Source of the DNA: Erysipelothrix inopinata
GTDB taxonomy: Bacteria; Bacillota_I; Bacilli_A; Erysipelotrichales; Erysipelotrichaceae
Length of the DNA: 32,000 nt
Direction: 5' to 3'
Assembly: GCF_014396165.1 (NCBI RefSeq)
Contig: NZ_CP060715.1
Coordinates: 1,650,001-1,682,000 of the forward strand
A program made the translations under genes and the position numbers. Shown piece after piece: positions 23,294-30,587 of this stretch. Each line of letters opens with the position of its first letter. The stretch's first letter is position 1. The notes beneath the pieces were generated by a model. That model ran no database searches, was not told the origin of the DNA, and worked only from the letters and a program-made list of their open reading frames with translations.

Positions 23294-26200
23294 TTATTTA
23301 CCCCCTATGAAATATTCAAATAGCATCGCAAGTAACGATTTATTATTTTCAATTTGACACAATGTCCCAATTATTCGACCTTCAGCAGCGTGCATTCCTA
23401 TAACCATAGGTTGATTGCTAAGGGTTTCTGTAGCTTCTAAAAACACTTTATCAAATGAGTATTGGACCTCGATTTCGGAATAAAACGCATTGAGACTTAC
23501 ATCAAAGTGATTTCCTAGCTGATTTTGAAATAACGCATTTTCATCGGATACGACACGACACTTTAGATCGCGATGCATAAATTTATGGTGTGGATTTGAA
23601 TAAACTTTGATATCATCACCGAAGTAATTGTGATTAATTAATCCGACAAAGCCAGCTCCACTACCAATTATTAAACCTTTCCTCGAAATAAGCATTTCTA
23701 AAGATTTTTTAACTTTCGGATGTGAAAGGAAAACACTGATTTGTGTTCCACTATTGAAGACGGTGTTAACCATTTTATAACCATCACATAGAAATAGTGT
23801 GTTGTGATTCTCTATTTTATTTACAAATCGATCAATTGAAGCCTCGTAATCATTTGTTTGAATAATTATAAATTCATGATGAATAGAAAGTGCTTTAAGG
23901 TTCATCTCAAGTTCCAAGTCCCCAGTCATTCCTGGCAATATTGGAATTAAAAGTGAACATGCTTCATCGTTTTTAAGTTCAAAATCTGCTTTATCCTTAG
24001 GTGTTGGTCGTAGTGTTCGCCATTTCGAAGTTTGATAAATTTCAGAGAGTGGTTTTTCCCACATATCTATTTGTTTACGAAGTGGTTGTTGGTTGAACTC
24101 CATTTTCTTAAGTGTCTTGCCAATTATTTGATAATCTAAATCCTTCAAAGATTCAAGGTTTTCTACTTCTAAGATTAAAGATCCAGGAAGAAATCCAACA
24201 GGTAGATTTTCTTCGAATGCGACTCCAATGAGCTTATCCGCTGTCATTTCTAAAACTTCGTGCTTTATATCAGTGGTCACAGTTGAAGCAGATAAAATTT
24301 TCTGTTCATTCATTAGTTTATGAATTAGAGTCATCTTACTTCTGTAGTTTTCAATATCAAGCAACGTTTCGTGAGAATAACCTGCATTAACAAGAATTAA
24401 AGTTGAGGTATTTGATTTGAGGGATCGACTGACTAAATTACCACCTTCAATAACTTGGATAGCAAAGCAAAGTAATGTCGGTGGTACCATCAACTCTTCA
24501 AACGTTCCACTCATGGAGTCTTTACCACCCAGTGCTGGAATATCGAGAGCTTTCATAACCTCAAATGCTCCGAGAAGACTGGCCAAAGGTTTCCCCCAAG
24601 ATTCATCGCATGTAAGTTTTTCAAAATATTCTTGATATGATAAGCGAATATTTTCGAGTGATCCACCCATGGCAACAATCTTGGTAATTGCATCTATGGT
24701 TGCGACATAACCACTGTGATAAGGACTTGATTCAGCAATAAAGGGATTGTACCCATGAGTCATTAGCGACATTTTGGACGAGTAGCCGTCTTTTAAGGGT
24801 ATGTACGACATCATTCCAAGTTGCGGAGTGTTGTTATGAAAATCCAAGTATTGACCATTAAATTGCTCTCTTAGGCCCTTTGCGACGCTTTATTCAAAGG
24901 ATCCATTTCGCATTGAACCTCGTGGCTTTGCATCAATACATTTTGATGTTTAGAAACACCGTTGCTATCAAGAAAATTCCGAGTAATAGCTGCAACACAC
25001 GAGTTATCATAAAACATTTCTAATTTTTGAGTGTCTGTAACTTCAGCAATGACAGTAGCTTCGAGATCTTCAAAAAATGCTTCACGAAACATGAATTCAA
25101 CGTCGTCTTTTGCAACAACGATAGCCATGCGTTCCTGAGATTCCGAAAGCGCAATTTCTTCAGCAGAGAGTCCAGGATATTTGAGGGGCACACGGTCCAA
25201 ATAGATTCGTAAACTTTCTGCAAGTTCACCTACTGCTACACTAACGCCACCCGCTCCAAAGTCATTGCAACGTTTAATACGTTTTAAAAATTCAGGTCTT
25301 TTAAATAAGCGAACAATTTTTCGTTCTAAAACCGGATTACCCTTTTGAACTTCAGCGCCAACTGAACTCAAACTGCGTTTTGTTGATGCTGATGATGACC
25401 CAACCGCGGCACCCAACCCATCACGTCCAGTTCTACCACCAATTAGAATGATACAATCACCCAATTCAGGAATTGATTTTTGAACATCTTCTTTAGGAAC
25501 TGCAGCGATTAGAGCCCCCAGTTCAAGTCTTTTTGCTTCGAAGCCATCATGATAATATTCTTTAACATATCCCCCATCGATACCCATCTGATTCAGATAA
25601 TCGGTATAACCTAAAGCAGCATCTTGACAGATTTTACGTGATGATAATTTTAGAGGGTGCGTTTTCTTGTATGAAAGTGTTGGATTTTTGGAACCACTAA
25701 TACGCATAGCTTGATAAGCATACCCTCTTCCGGATAATGGATCTCTTACACCACCACCAATACAAGTTGATGCACCGCCATAAGGTTCAACTTCGGTAGG
25801 ATGATTGTGAGTTTCGTTTTTAAATAAAAGTAGCGTCTCTTGGTTATCCAAAGTAACATTAATACTCGCTGCATTCACTTCTTCTGATATATCCCAATCC
25901 TCAAGAAATCCTTTTTTCTTTATTTCTTTGGCATTGATCGTTGCAAGGTCCATGAGTGTTATGGGTTTCGTTCGATTCAGATACTTTCTAGTTTCCAGAT
26001 ACGAATTCCAAGATTTTAAAATGAGATCTGTGTATGTTCCTTCGATAGAAACATCGTCCAGCACGGTGTTGAATGTTGTATGACGACAGTGATCAGACCA
26101 GTATGTATCAATGATTTTAAGCTCTAATTGATTCGGTACTCTATTCTCAGATTCAAAAGCTTGAAATACATAATCAAGATCTGCCTGATCCATGCCAAGT

Positions 26201-26679
26201 CCTAAAGTTTCGTTTTCAGCATAATTTGTTACACTGTTATTCTCATCTTCAGTGACAAGTTCCATTTCTAATGGATTAACAATATAATCCCGAAATATTT
26301 CAAACTCTTGATATGTGATACTTTCTAGTGAATAAATTAATGAATGTGTGATAGAAATATGATTGAATCCGAGCATGGTATGAACCATTTCTTCAACTTG
26401 GTCTTCGATAAAATCATATTGTCCTGAAATATGTTTTATCTTGAAATGAGTTCTTGGTAAACTTGGTACACTATCGTAGATAATACCAATAGGTTCTTTA
26501 AAAATTTGGTTTTTGATTGTATCGAGTTCGAATGAATTTGCATTTTCAATCTCAAATACGTGAAGAATTCTCACGGATTTAAGTGTTTGTAGTTTTAAGT
26601 AATTTGTAGCTTCAATAACAAGTCTACGACCTTCGTGGTTGTAGTTAGAAAAACGTTCTGTAATAATGGTTCGACCCAT
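23294..26679 (-). pseudogene. purL: Single-chain (large-type) FGAM synthase split by a single-base frameshift. It could be a true pseudogene or an assembly error.
   Basis: ORF 24871..26679 (602 aa) holds the N-terminal domain and the first synthetase half (YWSDHCRHTTF, ETHNHPTEVEPYGGASTCIGGGVRD, GRTGRDGLGAA). ORF 23294..24847 (517 aa, TTG start in the track) holds the second half and the C-terminal GATase-like domain. Shifting frame at about 24876-24881 gives a continuous ...DPLNKASQKGLREQFNGQYLDFHNNTPQLGMMSY.... Confidence 0.85.
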
Positions 26680-26770
26680 AATTTCCTCCTAGAATATAAG
26701 TCAGATACCCTATCGCTACCCTCAATAGGAGTTAGAAACAACAAAAAAAACAATCACAGTATAACTCCCC

Positions 26771-27448
26771 TTAAAAATATTGTGACAACTCGAACGGTTT
26801 TAAAACGATTCCGTTTTTAGCAACACGCATATTACCTGTCGAAACTTCATCGATAAGCATAATAGTATTTGATTGCGTATTGAGACCAAACTCGAGTTTG
26901 ATATCCAATAAATCTAAGTCGTGATTGTGTAATTCTTCCTGAATTAATTTACAGATTGATTGTGTCATTTTTGTAATTAAGTTATAAGTCTCTAAATCCA
27001 TAATATTGAGGATTTCAAGTCCTTGTGAAGTAATAAGTGGATCTTCTCGTAAATCATCTTTAAGAGTCATCTCCACATATGCATTCAGTGGTTGTCCATC
27101 TTCGATATATGCTCCGTAGCGCTTAACAAAGCTTCCTTTAGCAACATAACGACAAATCACTTCTACTCCTTGACCGAAAACCTGAGCTTCTTTAACAATC
27201 ATTGTATTATCGTTCAAATCCGCACTCACAAAGTGTGTTGAAATTCCACTTTGATTAATAAGCTCAAAGAAGTATTTTGACATTCTCAAGTTTTCATTGC
27301 CAATGCCATCCATTGTAAGTCCGACATGATTAGCGCCCGGGTTAAAAACACCGTCTTCTCCGGTAACATCGTCCTTAAACTTCAATAACAAGTTCATACC
27401 ATCGCATTGGTAGACATCTTTTGTCTTACCTGCTTGTTTCAATATCAT
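26771..27448 (-). CDS. purC: SAICAR synthetase
   Basis: The protein has MILKQAGKTKDVYQ...EVICRYVAKGSFVKRYG...LLDIKLEFG. A GGAGGA SD precedes the start. It is the first gene after the riboswitch. Confidence 0.9.
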   Translation of the reverse strand: MILKQAGKTKDVYQCDGMNLLLKFKDDVTGEDGVFNPGANHVGLTMDGIGNENLRMSKYFFELINQSGISTHFVSADLNDNTMIVKEAQVFGQGVEVICRYVAKGSFVKRYGAYIEDGQPLNAYVEMTLKDDLREDPLITSQGLEILNIMDLETYNLITKMTQSICKLIQEELHNHDLDLLDIKLEFGLNTQSNTIMLIDEVSTGNMRVAKNGIVLKPFELSQYF

Positions 27449-27470
27449 TCCTTGTCCTCCTAAGGTGATA

Positions 27471-27630
27471 AGAAAAATAAAATAAGCCCAGAGTGGGTAG
27501 GCTTAGCGAAACCTACCCCTCTGGGCTTTTATCCCTTAGGTGTGACATCTTCATGTCTGTACCGCTTGGACCAGCAAACTTAAGTTTCGGAACCCTAGGT
27601 ACACTTTCGCCCATTTCGTAATGAGCTTAT
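27471..27630 (-). promoter_or_regulatory. ykkC-family riboswitch, subtype-2-like (probably PRPP-sensing), with an overlapping intrinsic terminator as its expression platform
   Basis: The minus strand reads ...gtaCCUAGGGUUCCGaaacuuaaguuugCUGGUCCaAGcGg-(hairpin GACAUgaagAUGUC)-ACACCuaAGGGAuAAAAGCCCaGaGG.... These blocks match the conserved ykkC blocks CUAGGGUUCCG / CUGGUCCGAGAG / GGGAnAAAAGCCCGGGAG as I remember them. A 16-bp terminator follows, AGCCCAGAGGGGTAGG...CCTACCCaCTCTGGGCT plus a U-run (27471-27530). Its 5' arm is the 3' conserved aptamer segment. Confidence 0.7.
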
Positions 27631-27646
27631 TCTTTTTTCTAATTCC

Positions 27647-27675
27647 AAGATAACAACTTTTGAAAATAAAGTCAA
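27647..27675 (-). promoter_or_regulatory. Candidate sigma-A-type promoter of the pur operon
   Basis: On the minus strand, TTGACT lies at 27670-27675, followed by a 17-nt spacer and TATCTT at 27647-27652. It sits just upstream of the riboswitch. Confidence 0.5.
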
Positions 27676-27767
27676 CTTGGAAACAAGAAAAAAGACATCT
27701 GAAACGGTTGTATAAGTAGAAATAACCGCTATAGAATGCCTTATTATCTATATATGAAACTTGTGAA

Positions 27768-28931
27768 TTATTTCGAATTCTTTTCTAAAAGCGAACGTGG
27801 TGTCTTAAATACATCTTGCTTTAATTCTTGATTAAGACGTGAAATAATATCATTTACTGTTGGCTCAGTCAAGTCATCGAAGATGTTGAGTTGTTCGATT
27901 ATTTCATCTTTATAAACAAGGTTAGATAATGAAATAGAAATGAATGTAACACCATCTAAACCATCAAATTCATCATAAAGACCCATAACTTTCTCGAAAA
28001 TTACATCACTTGATTGAGTTGGTTCATCCAGGGTAATCGAGCGCGCAGCAGTCTTATAGTTTTGAAGTCGAATAGAAAAAGTAATTGTCTTTCCTACCAT
28101 ATCTCTGTTAAGAAGTCTGCGTTCTATTTCCTTGATTTCAAATAAAATAGCATTTCTTATTTCATCCAATTCTACCATTGGATGTGTAAAAGTCTTCGAT
28201 TGACCTATGGATTTGGCCGTTGTGTCGGTTTCAATGGGGCTACTATCGATTCCATTTGCTTTATTGATGAAGTTTTGCGTATTAACACCTAAAGTATTTC
28301 GTAAACTATCTTCATTAGCCTGTGCTAAATCTCCAATTGTTTTTATGCCCATTTTTTGAAGCTTTGGAACAGTTTTAGAGCCAATTCCGTGCATGTCTTC
28401 AATCGGTAATTGCCACAACTTTGACTGTACCTCACGAATTCTAAGAACCGTTATTCCTTTGGGCTTTTCCATATCGCTTGCCATCTTTGCTAGGAATTTG
28501 TTGGGTGCAACACCAATCGAAATGGGCAACTTTAATTCGCGATACACGCGTGTCTGAATTTCATATGCAAGATCTAAAGGTCGTTCGTATTCTTTAATCT
28601 TTTCGGTTACATCAACATAACACTCATCAATACTTGCAGGCTGCATCAGTGTTGAATAGGAGCGAATAATATTCATAAATTTTGAAGACAAATCTTGGTA
28701 CAACGAGAAATCGATTGGAACTACCACAAGATCTCGACAAAGCGTTTGTGCATAAGAAAGAGGCATCGCTGAATTGATGCCAAATTTTCGTGCTTCATAA
28801 GAAGCAGTAGTGATAACAGAACCACGGTGATTACTGCAAACCACGAGTGGTTTGCCTGCAAGTTCAGGCTCTACGACCGCATGAGCACTTGCATAAAATG
28901 CATTAATATCAATATGTAAAATTACTGCCAT
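27768..28931 (-). CDS. dinB: Y-family DNA polymerase IV
   Basis: The protein has ILHIDINAFYASAH, ITTASYEARKFGINSAMP, SIDECYVDVT and GIGSKTVPKLQKMGIKTIGDL. Its ATG overlaps the recN stop (TAATG). Confidence 0.9.
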   Translation of the reverse strand: MAVILHIDINAFYASAHAVVEPELAGKPLVVCSNHRGSVITTASYEARKFGINSAMPLSYAQTLCRDLVVVPIDFSLYQDLSSKFMNIIRSYSTLMQPASIDECYVDVTEKIKEYERPLDLAYEIQTRVYRELKLPISIGVAPNKFLAKMASDMEKPKGITVLRIREVQSKLWQLPIEDMHGIGSKTVPKLQKMGIKTIGDLAQANEDSLRNTLGVNTQNFINKANGIDSSPIETDTTAKSIGQSKTFTHPMVELDEIRNAILFEIKEIERRLLNRDMVGKTITFSIRLQNYKTAARSITLDEPTQSSDVIFEKVMGLYDEFDGLDGVTFISISLSNLVYKDEIIEQLNIFDDLTEPTVNDIISRLNQELKQDVFKTPRSLLEKNSK

Positions 28932-30571
28932 TAAAATTGTTGTCCTAACTGGTATATTTCTTCTGCTGCCTTGAGTGAATTGTCAGAATCATTTCCCGAC
29001 ATAATAAGCGCAATTTGTTGAATTCTTTGTTTTTCATCGATTTGTTTAATCGAAGTGATACTGGATTGATCATCGTGTGATTTTTCAATTAAATAGTGAT
29101 GATGGGCACAAGCTGCTACCGAGCCAAGATGTGTAATGGATAACACTTGGGTTGTTTCTGATAAAGCCTTCATTTTTTCACCAATTCGAAGTCCAACACG
29201 ACCACTTACTCCCGTATCTATCTCGTCGAAGACAAGAGTGGAAATTCCGTATATTTGTGAGAAGATTACTTTCAATCCTAACATCAATCTCGAAAGTTCT
29301 CCCCCGCTCGCGACTTTATCGAGTGGTGCTAAAGCCATCCCTTTATTCATGCTAACCATGAATTGTATCGTATCATAGCCATCATGAGATAGTTCTTTGT
29401 CAGATATTTTAATTTCGAACTGAGCTTCTTCTAAAAGCAACTCGTTTAATTGAATAACAATTTGTTCTTCAAGCTCTTTCGCTGCCCTTTGACGCACTTT
29501 TCTAATTTGTAAAGCTAGTTCTTCACAAACTGTTTTTTGGTGTTTTAATTCAATTTCTATATCTTCTAGAAACTCGTCATAGTTATCCGCTTGTTTAATT
29601 CGAATTTGCAACTCTTCTTGTTTCTCTAAAGCATTTTCGACGCTACCAAATTTTCGTTTTAAAGCTGTGTATTGCATCATTCTCTCTTGGTAACGATTAA
29701 ATTCGTATTCATCGAACTGGGTATTGTTGTTTATCTTCTGAATGGATTCATAAACACTTTCTAATGAAAAATAGGCATCTTTGTAAGCTTGAACAAGTTC
29801 TTCATTTGCGATGCCTTCGATAATATGCATACCATCATAAAGCGTATCCATAACCGAGATACGGCCATTAAAGACCGCTTCGAGTTCATTCCATTTAGCC
29901 TTATTCTTCTCAAAAGCAATCATGGTTTCAAGTTTGCTTGCAATTTCTTCATAGTTATCCACAGTTGGTTGAATGGCCTCAATTTCTTTTAACTGAAACT
30001 TTGCGAAATCAATCTCATCAGGGTTGATATCACTATTCATGATGGCATCCCGTTCTTTTTCTAATTTTAAGTATTGACGATATTCGTCACGGTAATCTTG
30101 ATGTAATGAACCATTGCCTGCGTACCGATCTAGTAAGAGTCCGTGGTTCTTCGCATCCAATAAATATTGAGTTTCGTGCTGTGAATGAATATCTAAGATA
30201 CCTTCTAAGACATCTTTTACTACAGATAAATTCACAAGTCTTTGATTTATGCGGCACACACTGCGCCCTTCTTGACTCATTTCTCGTGAGACAATCATGA
30301 CATGATCTTCTTCGTATAAGCCGTATTCATGAAGCTTATCATGAATGGGATCATTATCACTCATAATAAAGATTGCTTCTACACGTGCAAAAGTGTCGTG
30401 GTTTCCCACGACATGAGCGCCACTACGTTGCCCTGATATAAAATTCAGAGCATCAACGAGAAGTGATTTCCCTGCGCCCGTTTCACCAGTGAAAACATTA
30501 AACTGATTAGAGAGTTCGACATCAATATTTTGAATTAATACATAATTATGTACACTGAGTTGACTTAACAT
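28931..30571 (-). CDS. recN: DNA repair protein RecN (SMC-like ATPase)
   Basis: The protein has MLSQLSVHNYVLIQNIDVELSNQFNVFTGETGAGKSLLVDAL, a central coiled coil, the signature ASGGELSRLMLGLK and the Walker B LVFDEIDTGVSG. Confidence 0.92.
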   Translation of the reverse strand: MLSQLSVHNYVLIQNIDVELSNQFNVFTGETGAGKSLLVDALNFISGQRSGAHVVGNHDTFARVEAIFIMSDNDPIHDKLHEYGLYEEDHVMIVSREMSQEGRSVCRINQRLVNLSVVKDVLEGILDIHSQHETQYLLDAKNHGLLLDRYAGNGSLHQDYRDEYRQYLKLEKERDAIMNSDINPDEIDFAKFQLKEIEAIQPTVDNYEEIASKLETMIAFEKNKAKWNELEAVFNGRISVMDTLYDGMHIIEGIANEELVQAYKDAYFSLESVYESIQKINNNTQFDEYEFNRYQERMMQYTALKRKFGSVENALEKQEELQIRIKQADNYDEFLEDIEIELKHQKTVCEELALQIRKVRQRAAKELEEQIVIQLNELLLEEAQFEIKISDKELSHDGYDTIQFMVSMNKGMALAPLDKVASGGELSRLMLGLKVIFSQIYGISTLVFDEIDTGVSGRVGLRIGEKMKALSETTQVLSITHLGSVAACAHHHYLIEKSHDDQSSITSIKQIDEKQRIQQIALIMSGNDSDNSLKAAEEIYQLGQQF

Positions 30572-30587
30572 AGCGGTATCCTTTCTT

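Noticed and set aside
26680-26770. The 90-nt purC-purL spacer (GGAGTT...AACTCC inverted repeat, T-rich run, AGGGTA direct repeat) as an internal terminator or small RNA.
   Set aside because: The stem is only 6 bp with a loop of about 29 nt, and the T-run lies inside the loop. It resembles neither a terminator nor a known motif, so it is most likely just a spacer carrying the purL SD.
17278-27448. Absence of purK, purB, purQ and purS from the pur operon as an anomaly.
   Set aside because: A 32 kb window cannot show that these genes are absent from the genome. Large-type PurL does not need PurS. Many anaerobic Bacillota keep purB or purK elsewhere, or lack purK.
27449-27767. A guanine/adenine riboswitch, ZTP (pfl) riboswitch, T-box or PurR box as the pur leader element.
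   Set aside because: None of the signature blocks is present: the UAUA...GGAUAUGGC...CCGUAAAU purine aptamer core, the GGGUCGUG/CCGCCUGGGC ZTP core, or the T-box GGUGGUACCGCG. The conserved blocks fit the ykkC family instead.
27690-27767. A hairpin after dinB (CGGTT...AACCG followed by a T-rich tract) as a terminator feature.
   Set aside because: The stem is only 5 bp with a 14-nt loop, which is too weak to list as a supported terminator. Transcription from dinB may read into the pur leader or stop by another mechanism.
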